A DNA stretch of 54,473 nt, from positions 1 through 54,473 of the forward strand of contig SHYG01000003.1 in NCBI GenBank assembly GCA_009692925.1, read 5' to 3'. The notes beneath the pieces are model-generated. The model worked only from the letters and a program-made list of their open reading frames with translations, was not told where the DNA came from and made no database searches. Below are positions 44,388 to 52,059 of the stretch, in pieces. Position numbers and translations under genes: made by a program. The stretch's first letter is position 1, and every line of letters starts with the position of its first letter. Source of the stretch: Dehalococcoidia bacterium. GTDB lineage: Bacteria > Chloroflexota > Dehalococcoidia > Lucifugimonadales > UBA3495.

Positions 44388-46124
44388 CTACTTCAGCACG
44401 ATGGTGTGCAGGCCCGAGGGAAAGAAGGAGAAGGTGAAGGGCTTCCAGGTGGTGACCCGGGGGCCAACGCCCCAGGGGATGTTCACGTAGCCGATGCCCA
44501 ACTCGTAGGACTCGTCCCGTAGCCGCTTGTAGGTGCCGTTGAGGGCGGCGCCGCGCAGGGCCGGATCGGTGACCGCCAAAGTCTTGCTGACCTCGTCAAA
44601 CAGCGATTGGTCATGGTGCGCGCGGTCGCCCTGGTCGGGCGTGCCGTAGCCGGACCGCATGATGCTGGCCCCGTCCATCCGCGCTTCGTTGTCCCGCACG
44701 GTAATCTGGCCGTTCAGCTCTCCGTTGCGCCGGGAGGCGTTAAGGGACGCTTCCTCGCCCACCTTAACTTCCACTTCCAGCCCCAGCTCCCGCCGCCAGG
44801 TGTCGGCCATGAGAGTGGCTGCCTCGGGCATGAAGGGCAGAGACGCCGAGATCCAAGTGTTGACCGTCAGCTTGCCAAAACCCTGGCCGTTGGGGTAGCC
44901 GGCCTCGGTCATGAGCCGCTTGGCCTTGGCCACGTCTTGGGGCCAGGCGTCCAGGTCGGGGCTGTAGCCCAGGGCGCCGGGAGTCACAAACTCCCAGCCC
45001 TTAGTGGAAAATACCTCAGGACCGCCGTAGAGCTTGTCCCGGAGGATGTTCTTGTCCAGGGCGTAGTCCAGGGCCTGACGGACCTTCTTGTCCTTGCAGG
45101 GGTACTTGGTGTAGTTGGCCTCCCAGCAGCCGCTGAGTATGACCCGCATGTACACGCCTTCGGGGCCAAAGACCAGGCGGCCGCCGCCGGCCTCCACCTG
45201 CTTCTTGGTGGCCAGGCTGGCGGGGACGATGTCGGCGTCGCCGGCGCGCAGGGCGGCTACCCGGGTGGCCTCTTCAGGCACCAGCCGCAGGTCCAGGAAC
45301 TTGAAATTGGGCCGCCGGTCTTCCGGCAGGCCGTTCTTGGGCTGATAGTAGAAGTCCTCGAACCGCTCGAAGGACATAACCTCGGCCTGGACATACTTGA
45401 CCAGCTTCATTGGGCCGGCGGCGATGGGGTTGCGATCGTAAGCAGCCGCCTCGGCCTCGTCGTTCAGGGTGGCCCGCTTGGGTATGATCAGGCCGAGCCA
45501 GTTGGGGCCGGCTTCCGCCAGCAGGCCGGAGGGCACTCCTGAGTCCACGTTCTTGGTGGTCATGCTGACCTTATTGGGACCGGTCTGCTCAATCTTTGCC
45601 GCGTTGCGGGCGGCGGCCTGACCGGTGGTGCCCTTGTTGTAGGCCAGACTCTCCGCGCCCCATTCGTGGTTCATGCTCCAGGCGATGTCGGCGGCGGTGA
45701 GGGGTGAGCCGTCGTGGAACTTGACGCCGTCCCGGACGGTAATGGTCCAGGTCTTGCCATCGGCGGAGATGCTCCAGTCGGTGGCGATGCCCGGGGTCAT
45801 GGTGCCGTTGGGGTTCGCCGCGATGGGGAACCCGTGCAGGATGCGAGCGTACTGGTTGCTGGTGCCGGTGCCAGAGTAAACATAGTCGAACCGGCCGGCG
45901 CCCCAATTGCCCACCATCATGGTGAGCTTGCCGGGGTTGACTGTCGGGGCTACCGGGGCGGTGGTGACCCCGGGCTTCGCTGTGGCGCCGGGGGCCGGCG
46001 CAGTAGTGGCACTAGGCACGGCGGTGGTGGCGGCGCCGCAGGCCACTGCCAATAGCAGCAATGATGCCACACCGGCGCTGAAGGTGTAGTGGAGCAGTGA
46101 CCTGAGCCGGGAGATTGATCGCAT
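44388..46124 (-). CDS. Peptide/nickel ABC substrate-binding lipoprotein (paralog 2)
   Basis: AAGGAG SD, AVACG lipobox, GVKFHDG, VRQALDYALDK; tandem paralog of 42109-43866. Confidence 0.9.
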   Translation of the reverse strand: MRSISRLRSLLHYTFSAGVASLLLLAVACGAATTAVPSATTAPAPGATAKPGVTTAPVAPTVNPGKLTMMVGNWGAGRFDYVYSGTGTSNQYARILHGFPIAANPNGTMTPGIATDWSISADGKTWTITVRDGVKFHDGSPLTAADIAWSMNHEWGAESLAYNKGTTGQAAARNAAKIEQTGPNKVSMTTKNVDSGVPSGLLAEAGPNWLGLIIPKRATLNDEAEAAAYDRNPIAAGPMKLVKYVQAEVMSFERFEDFYYQPKNGLPEDRRPNFKFLDLRLVPEEATRVAALRAGDADIVPASLATKKQVEAGGGRLVFGPEGVYMRVILSGCWEANYTKYPCKDKKVRQALDYALDKNILRDKLYGGPEVFSTKGWEFVTPGALGYSPDLDAWPQDVAKAKRLMTEAGYPNGQGFGKLTVNTWISASLPFMPEAATLMADTWRRELGLEVEVKVGEEASLNASRRNGELNGQITVRDNEARMDGASIMRSGYGTPDQGDRAHHDQSLFDEVSKTLAVTDPALRGAALNGTYKRLRDESYELGIGYVNIPWGVGPRVTTWKPFTFSFFPSGLHTIVLK

Positions 46125-46220
46125 AGTTCTCCTTGTGAGATTAAATATAGTCGCTTTTCGTTGCATTATCGCTGAAGTAATGCAGCTTTAGCCCGAAATG
46201 CTCCGAATTGCATTGTGGGA

Positions 46221-46249
46221 AGGTTAGCATGGCGGGTGTCCCGTGTCAA
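46221..46249 (-). promoter_or_regulatory. Sigma70-type promoter for paralog 2
   Basis: TTGACA-17-TAACCT with extended TG. Confidence 0.6.
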
Positions 46250-46445
46250 TAAGCATACATGGCCGGAATCCGCCTAACTGCGCCGGGAACATCGCCGTCC
46301 GGCGCCGGCTACCCCACAAGCCCGGTAAGGCTGGGTCTTAATTGAGTTAGCGCCCCAAACCGACTGGCGGCTGCTGGAATTAAAATACGGTGTTGGATAC
46401 AATGATAGCTGGGGCAGTTGCACCCTGATCGCACGGAGGCCGGCA

Positions 46446-47465
46446 TTGGCCACATCCCACGTGTTTGTTACGCGGCAGATCTTTCCAGAGGCACTGGATA
46501 TGATCGCCAAAGAGGCGGAGTTGGAGGTGTGGCCGGATGAATATCCGCCCACCCCCGAACAGCTCCGCAAAAAGCTTGCCAGCGTCGATGCGGTGCTCAC
46601 GACTGTCATGGACCGCATGGACCGGGCAGCCATGGACGCCGCCCCGCGCCTCAAAATCATCAGCCAGCTGGCCGTGGGGTTGGACAACGTGGACGTGGCG
46701 GAGGCCACCCGTCGCGGGATTCTGGTGGGGCATACCCCCGGCGTGCTGGCCAAGGCCACTGCTGACCTGACATTTGCCCTGCTCATGGCGGCGGCCCGGC
46801 GGGTGAGCGAGGGCGACCGCTGGGTAAGGAATGGCCAGTGGCAGTTGGCCTTCCACCCCATGCGCTGGCTGGGCATGGATGTCCATGACGCCACCCTGGG
46901 CATTGTGGGTTTGGGCCAGATTGGCTTAGAGGTGGCCAAGCGGGCGCGGGGCTTCGACATGACCCTGCTGTACCACTCGCGCACCCGCAGTCCGCAGGTG
47001 GAGAACCAGTACGGCCTCAAGTATGCCGAGCTTCCGGCTCTGCTGGCGACCTCCGACTTTGTGAGCCTCCATGTGCCGCTGACTCCTCAAACCCGCCACT
47101 ACATTGGCCAGCGGGAGCTGCGGATGATGAAGCCCAACGCCATCCTCATCAATGTGTCGCGAGGCCCGGTGGTGGACTCCAAAGCCCTGTACACGGCCCT
47201 GAGCGAGGGTTGGATCCGCGGCGCCGCGCTGGATGTGACGGACCCGGAGCCCATACTTGCCGATGACCCGCTGCTGAAGTTGGATAACCTGGTGATTACC
47301 CCTCACGTCGGCAGCGCCACAGTGGCGTCCCGCCGGGCCACCTGCCTGCTGGCCGCCCGCAACCTGGTGGCTGGGCTGAAGGGGCAGCGGCTGGAGAGTT
47401 GCGCCAACCCCGAGCTGTACCAGACCAGGGGGTCCCAGCCCGGCTCCGGAACTGCTCAGGAGTAG
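46446..47465 (+). CDS. D-2-hydroxyacid dehydrogenase (glyoxylate reductase/D-glycerate dehydrogenase type)
   Basis: AVGLDNVDV, GIVGLGQIG, LINVSRG, LDVTDPEP, PHVGSAT. Confidence 0.92.
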   Translation: MATSHVFVTRQIFPEALDMIAKEAELEVWPDEYPPTPEQLRKKLASVDAVLTTVMDRMDRAAMDAAPRLKIISQLAVGLDNVDVAEATRRGILVGHTPGVLAKATADLTFALLMAAARRVSEGDRWVRNGQWQLAFHPMRWLGMDVHDATLGIVGLGQIGLEVAKRARGFDMTLLYHSRTRSPQVENQYGLKYAELPALLATSDFVSLHVPLTPQTRHYIGQRELRMMKPNAILINVSRGPVVDSKALYTALSEGWIRGAALDVTDPEPILADDPLLKLDNLVITPHVGSATVASRRATCLLAARNLVAGLKGQRLESCANPELYQTRGSQPGSGTAQE

Positions 47466-47494
47466 GCGCCGGGCGACTGGTACGCGCAAACAAC

Positions 47495-47522
47495 GTAGGG
47501 GCGACGCATGTGTCTCCCCTAC
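47495..47522. repeat. GTAG-type REP palindrome
   Basis: gtaggggcgacgcatgtgtctcccctac (2 mismatches), between convergent genes. Confidence 0.8.
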
Positions 47523-47548
47523 GTTTCGCCAGCGGCCAACCCTAAGGG

Positions 47549-48001
47549 CTATCCCTGGCGCCGGCGGCTCCGCTCGTACACAGTGAGGAAGGCGTCCACT
47601 GATGTGCTGGCAATGGCCCGGCCAATGGCGTCTAAAGGCAGGTCGTCCAGCTTCTTGAACCGCACGCAGGACTTGCCCATGTTCAGCTTCTTGTCCGCGC
47701 GGGCAAACTCGGCCCGCAGCCACGCCTCGGCTGATTGCTCCATGTACACGGCCGTGAGGTACAGGGAGCAGTAGTTCTTCTGGGAAGCCAGGGCGGCGTA
47801 CATCAGAGGCTGCTTGTTGTAGGTTTTGGGGTACCGCTCCAGGGTCACCTCGTAGCAGAGGCCTCCCCACCGCATAGCCTCAGCGTACCTCGCCGGCAGG
47901 TTGTCCAGGACGATCTGGCGCAGGGCGGCAATGGTCTGCTGGCGTTCCTGAGGCAGGGCGCTCAGATAGGCTTCAGGGGTGGTCGCAGCGCTCTTGACCA
48001 C
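47549..48001 (-). CDS. DUF1801 domain protein
   Basis: YL..LP.ER, YPKTYNKQPL.YAALASQKNY.SLY, MGKSCVRF. Confidence 0.85.
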   Translation of the reverse strand: MVKSAATTPEAYLSALPQERQQTIAALRQIVLDNLPARYAEAMRWGGLCYEVTLERYPKTYNKQPLMYAALASQKNYCSLYLTAVYMEQSAEAWLRAEFARADKKLNMGKSCVRFKKLDDLPLDAIGRAIASTSVDAFLTVYERSRRRQG

Positions 48002-48076
48002 GGATTATAGTCTTCCCAAAAGGCGCTTGGCGCTTGGATGGCAGGAGGAGTGCGGGTCAAGTACCAGTGGGTCGGC

Positions 48077-48168
48077 TGGCGGAGAGGGCGGGATTCGAAC
48101 CCGCGAGAGACTTGTGAGCCCCTACACGATTTCCAGTCGTGCCCGTTCGACCACTCCGGCACCTCTCC
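48077..48168 (-). tRNA. tRNA-Ser (anticodon GGA)
   Basis: GGAGAGG/CCTCTCC acceptor stem, CACGA-CTGGAAA-TCGTG anticodon arm, long variable arm, GGTTCGAATCC, encoded CCA. Confidence 0.96.
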
Positions 48169-48300
48169 AGCAATGCGGGGCCTTTCAGCCGGGACGGTAT
48201 TATAGCCAACCGCCGCTTTCTCGTCCATGTCGCCCATCGCCAGTCCCGGTCGGGTTTATCCCGCTGCCCAGGGCCATCGCCGTCCCCAGATTCAAAATTA

Positions 48301-48329
48301 TTGACAAAATATATACCTGATATTAAACT
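48301..48329 (+). promoter_or_regulatory. Sigma70-type promoter of the transporter operon
   Basis: TTGACA-17-TAAACT; predicted start about 48336. Confidence 0.75.
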
Positions 48330-48337
48330 GCCTGAAT

Positions 48338-48451
48338 GTGCGCAACGCCGTCATCACGTTCCGCTCTCCGCGGTTTGCCGCCGGCTTCGTTTGAGTCCCC
48401 GCCTGCGGGGCCTGGACAGGCTGGCGGTCCCACGGTGGCGTTACCTCTTAG
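48338..48451 (+). promoter_or_regulatory. Candidate leader peptide with in-frame UGA (Sec?) and SECIS-like hairpin
   Basis: GTG-RNAVITFRSPRFAAGFV-TGA(48392-48394)-VPACGAWTGWRSHGGVTS-TAG; 28 of 35 sense codons end in G/C; stem-loop with GGAC loop 19 nt after the TGA. Confidence 0.5.
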
Positions 48452-48477
48452 CTCCCCGGTTCGTTGCCACCATTAGA

Positions 48478-48575
48478 CCTCCTGCTTTCTGCCCCACAGG
48501 CATGCCGCTGGAATGCCGCATACGGTGGTCCCGATTCGCCTTTGGGTCAGCAAAAACATTTGGGTTAGCAGGAGG
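48478..48575 (+). promoter_or_regulatory. Anti-Shine-Dalgarno / SD pair
   Basis: CCTCCTGCT (48478-48486) is perfectly complementary to AGCAGGAGG (48567-48575). Confidence 0.6.
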
Positions 48576-48583
48576 GTTCTTTA

Positions 48584-49528
48584 ATGCTTCAGATGTTTCA
48601 GAGGTTTAGTGCCCGCAGACTTGTCCTGGTGGTATTCTCCGCATTGATTTTGGCAGCAGGCATCGTCGCCTGCGGGCCCGCCGTAGCACCTACTCCCGCC
48701 GCTCCTGCGGCAACTCCGGCGCCGCCGACTCTCAAGATTGGCGGCATTCCCGACCAGAACGCCGCCACTTTGGCCCGCCGCTACGACAGCTTCGCCGCCT
48801 ACATGTCCAAGGAGCTGGGGGTGCAGGTGCAGTATGTGCCCAGCGTGGACTACGCCGCGGTGGTGACCGCCTTCACCCAGGGGGAGCTGCAACTGGCCTT
48901 CTTCGGCGGGCTCACCGGGGCCCAGGCCCGGCTGCAAAACCCCGGCGCGCTGGCCATTGTCCAGCGGGAGAACGACGCCAAGTTCCACTCCCGGTTCATC
49001 GTGCGCAGCGAGCTGCCGGTGAAGTCGTTGGAAGAGCTGAAAACCCAGGCCAAAAGCCTGACCATCACGTTCGGCAGTGAAAGCTCCACCTCCGGCCACC
49101 TGATGCCCCGCCACTTCCTAGTCCAGGCCGGCATAGACCCCGCCACCGCCTTCAAGACGGTGCCCAACTTCTCCGGCTCCCACGACCTGACCTGGCAGTT
49201 GGTGCAGAGCGGCTCCTTCGACGTGGGGGCGCTGAACGAGGATGTGTGGACGGCGGCAGTAAAGGCCGGCAAGATTGACCCGGCCAAGGTGCGTGAGTTC
49301 TACACCACTCCCGAGTATGTGGACTACCACTGGCTGGCCCACCCTGGCTTGGACAAGACCTACGGCGCCGGCTTTACCAGCAAGGCCAAGCAGGCGCTGC
49401 TGAAGCTGAACCTGCAGGAGAACAAGGAGATTCTGGGCCTGTTCGCCACCCAGAAGTTCATCGAGACCAGCAACGCCAACTACCAGCCCATCGAGCAGAT
49501 TGGCCGCAACCTGGGGATAATCAAGTAG
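48584..49528 (+). CDS. PhnD-like ABC substrate-binding lipoprotein, resembling the putative selenate-transporter subfamily
   Basis: IVACG lipobox; IPDQ, DYAAVVTAF, FGGLTG.QAR, FGSESSTSG.LMP, FSGSHD.T..LVQSG. Subfamily is recognised from memory of TIGR04553-type proteins, not searched. Confidence 0.75.
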   Translation: MLQMFQRFSARRLVLVVFSALILAAGIVACGPAVAPTPAAPAATPAPPTLKIGGIPDQNAATLARRYDSFAAYMSKELGVQVQYVPSVDYAAVVTAFTQGELQLAFFGGLTGAQARLQNPGALAIVQRENDAKFHSRFIVRSELPVKSLEELKTQAKSLTITFGSESSTSGHLMPRHFLVQAGIDPATAFKTVPNFSGSHDLTWQLVQSGSFDVGALNEDVWTAAVKAGKIDPAKVREFYTTPEYVDYHWLAHPGLDKTYGAGFTSKAKQALLKLNLQENKEILGLFATQKFIETSNANYQPIEQIGRNLGIIK

Positions 49529-50341
49529 ATGGCTGATTCTCGACACCACGCGGCAGTCGCTGCCCCGGCCGCCACTCACGTGGTGGTCAAGGATGTTGCC
49601 AAGGGCTACCCTGGGGTGCGGGCTTTGGCCCCCATCGCGTTCAGCGTGCAGCCCGGCGAGCGGTTGGCCCTGGCCGGGCCCAGCGGCAGCGGCAAGACCA
49701 CGCTGCTGTACCTGCTGGCGGGCCTGCTGCAGCCCGACGCCGGCCAGCTGTGCATTGACGGGCGTGACCTGGCGGAGATGAGGCCCGGCCGGGAGCTGGC
49801 TCGGCTGGTGGGCATGGTGCACCAGCAGTACGATCTGGTGTCCTCCCTGCCGGTGCTTCACAACGTGCTGGCCGGGCGGCTGGGCCAGTGGAGCCTGGCG
49901 GGTTCAGCCCTCTCCCTCATCTGGCCCCGGGAGCGGCATCTGGCGGAGGAGGCCCTGGCCCGGCTGGGCATCGCCGACAAGGCCAGCCAGCGCACCTCCC
50001 GCCTTTCCGGCGGTGAGCAGCAGCGGGTGGCCATCGCCCGGCTCATGCTGCAGTCGCCCCGCATCATCCTGGCCGACGAGCCGGTGTCATCCCTGGACCC
50101 CGCTCTGGCGGAGGAGATGATGCGCCTGCTGGTGGACCTCGTGGAAGGCTCCGGCAAGACCCTCATCGCCAGCCTGCACTCGCCCTATCTCATCAAGAAG
50201 TACTGCACCCGGGTCATCGGGCTGCGCCAGGGGGAGATGCAGTTCGACCTGCCCGCCGCCGACCTGACGGAGGCGGTGCTGGACCGCCTCTACGACCTGG
50301 ACCGCCGGCGTCCTGAGAACGGCGCAATACGGCAGGAGTGA
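49529..50341 (+). CDS. PhnC-like ABC ATPase
   Basis: GPSGSGKT, HNVLAGRLG, LSGGEQQRVAIAR, ADEPVSSLDP. Confidence 0.9.
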   Translation: MADSRHHAAVAAPAATHVVVKDVAKGYPGVRALAPIAFSVQPGERLALAGPSGSGKTTLLYLLAGLLQPDAGQLCIDGRDLAEMRPGRELARLVGMVHQQYDLVSSLPVLHNVLAGRLGQWSLAGSALSLIWPRERHLAEEALARLGIADKASQRTSRLSGGEQQRVAIARLMLQSPRIILADEPVSSLDPALAEEMMRLLVDLVEGSGKTLIASLHSPYLIKKYCTRVIGLRQGEMQFDLPAADLTEAVLDRLYDLDRRRPENGAIRQE

Positions 50342-50345
50342 GGCG

Positions 50346-51128
50346 CTGAAGCTATCCGATAGCCGCGGCCTGCTGACCCTGCTGCTGCTGGGGGCATTCC
50401 TCTGGAGCCTAACGGGCGTGGACTGGGGAGGCTCCCTGATTCACAGCGGCGGTGGCGGCGCCGCCCGCACCTTCTTCCTGGCCCTCTTCCCGCCAGACCT
50501 GTCCCCCGAGTTTCTCCGCATCAGCCTGGCCGCCACGTGGCCCACCCTGGCCTACGCCGTGGCGGGCATGACCGTGGCGGTGCTCATCGGCCTGCCGTTA
50601 GGCATACTGGCCTCAGGCACTGTAATTTCTGTGCCGCGCCTGCGGTGGCCGGTGGCGCTGGCATCCCGGTTCTCCCTGGGCGGGATGCGGGCCATCCATG
50701 AGTTGGTGTGGGCGGTGCTCTTCGTGGCCGCCTTTGGCCTCTCGCCCTTGGTGGCGGTGCTGGCATTGGGCATCCCCTACGGCGGCATCCTGGGGCGCAT
50801 CTACTCGGAGCTGCTCCACGACGTGCCGCCCGAGCCGCTGCGGGCGCTGCGGACCGCCGGTGCGTCGCCGGTGCGCCAGCTGCTGTACGGGCGCATCCCC
50901 CTGGCCCTGCCGGACATGGTGGGCTACACCTTCTACCGCTTCGAGTGCGCCATCCGTTCGGCGGCTATCATGAGCTTTGTGGGTATTCAGGGACTGGGGT
51001 ATCAGCTACAGTTGTCGCTGAACGACCTGCTGTTCCGGCAGGTGTGGACGCTGCTCCTGTTCATGCTGGTGCTGGTGGTGCTGGTGGACCAGTGGAGCTC
51101 CCTGGTGCGCCGGAAGCTGGCGTCCTGA
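50346..51128 (+). CDS. PhnE-like ABC permease 1, probable CTG start
   Basis: RAIHELVWA, YRFECAIRSA; frame is open upstream of GTG 50418 through a TM helix to CTG 50346, 7 nt after AGGAG. Confidence 0.85.
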   Translation: MKLSDSRGLLTLLLLGAFLWSLTGVDWGGSLIHSGGGGAARTFFLALFPPDLSPEFLRISLAATWPTLAYAVAGMTVAVLIGLPLGILASGTVISVPRLRWPVALASRFSLGGMRAIHELVWAVLFVAAFGLSPLVAVLALGIPYGGILGRIYSELLHDVPPEPLRALRTAGASPVRQLLYGRIPLALPDMVGYTFYRFECAIRSAAIMSFVGIQGLGYQLQLSLNDLLFRQVWTLLLFMLVLVVLVDQWSSLVRRKLAS

Positions 51129-52018
51129 TGGAGGCGAGGGAGAGGCCCACCCGGTCTGCCTCGGCCAGTCCCAAGCCCGGTGGGGTGGTCCGGCTCTCCA
51201 TGCTGGGACTGCTGGCGCTGGCGGCGGCCTCCTGGGGCTACCTGGTGTTCGGCGTAGACCGGGATTTCCCCAACCTGCTGGCTGCGGATACGTGGCAGGG
51301 AGCCGGGCGCTTGTTGGGCCAGATGCTTGGCAGAGACTCAACTTCTCCTCCGGCTTACACCCAGTGGGACCGGTGGCTGGAGACCGGCAAGCTGGCGTAC
51401 CAGACCCTGACCATGAGCGTGCTGGCCATCGGCCTGGCGGGCATCGGCGTGCTGGTGACCTTCCTGCCGGCGGCCCGCAACGTGAGTCACGGCGGCCTGG
51501 GCGGCGCGTCGTCTCGGCCCTGGCGGGTGCTGCATCACGTCATACGGCTGGTGTACAACCTCACCCGCGCCGTGCCCGAGCTGGTTTGGGCCATGATCAT
51601 CGTGTTCTTCCTGTCGCCGGGGTTGCTGCCCGGCGCGGTGGCCCTGGCCCTGCACAACTTCGGCATCGTGGGCAAGTTGTCGGCAGAGGTGGTGGAGAAC
51701 CTGGACCCCGCGCCTAGCCGCGCACTTCGGGCGGCCGGGGCCAGCAACACCCAGATGCTGCTGTACGGCATTCTGCCCCAGGCGTTGCCCCATTTCCTGA
51801 CCTACCTGCTCTATCGCTGGGAAGTGGTCATCCGCACCACGGTGGTGGTGGGCTTTGTGGCCGCCGGCGGCATGGGGCGGGAGTTCCGCCTGAGCCTGAG
51901 CTACTTTCACTACACGGATGTTGCCCTGCTGCTGATGTGGTACATGATTCTGGTCACCGGCGTGGACCTGCTCAGCGCGTTGCTGCGCCGCATGGCGCTC
52001 CCTCCGCCGGTGCGGTAA
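51128..52018 (+). CDS. PhnE-like ABC permease 2
   Basis: RAVPELVWA, ALALHN.G..GKL, YRWEVVIR; ATG overlaps the previous TGA. Confidence 0.88.
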   Translation: MEARERPTRSASASPKPGGVVRLSMLGLLALAAASWGYLVFGVDRDFPNLLAADTWQGAGRLLGQMLGRDSTSPPAYTQWDRWLETGKLAYQTLTMSVLAIGLAGIGVLVTFLPAARNVSHGGLGGASSRPWRVLHHVIRLVYNLTRAVPELVWAMIIVFFLSPGLLPGAVALALHNFGIVGKLSAEVVENLDPAPSRALRAAGASNTQMLLYGILPQALPHFLTYLLYRWEVVIRTTVVVGFVAAGGMGREFRLSLSYFHYTDVALLLMWYMILVTGVDLLSALLRRMALPPPVR

Positions 52019-52059
52019 GCGGTGCGCCGTGGCCTCCTCCCGAGTTGTATAGTTAGGGC

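Noticed and set aside
48077-48168. tRNA with a long variable arm beside the putative selenium transporter, possibly tRNA-Sec
   Set aside because: The anticodon is GGA and the acceptor stem is 7 bp, so it is an ordinary tRNA-Ser. No att-like duplicate of its 3' end was seen. The GTAGGGGC in its variable arm matches the REP start, probably by chance.
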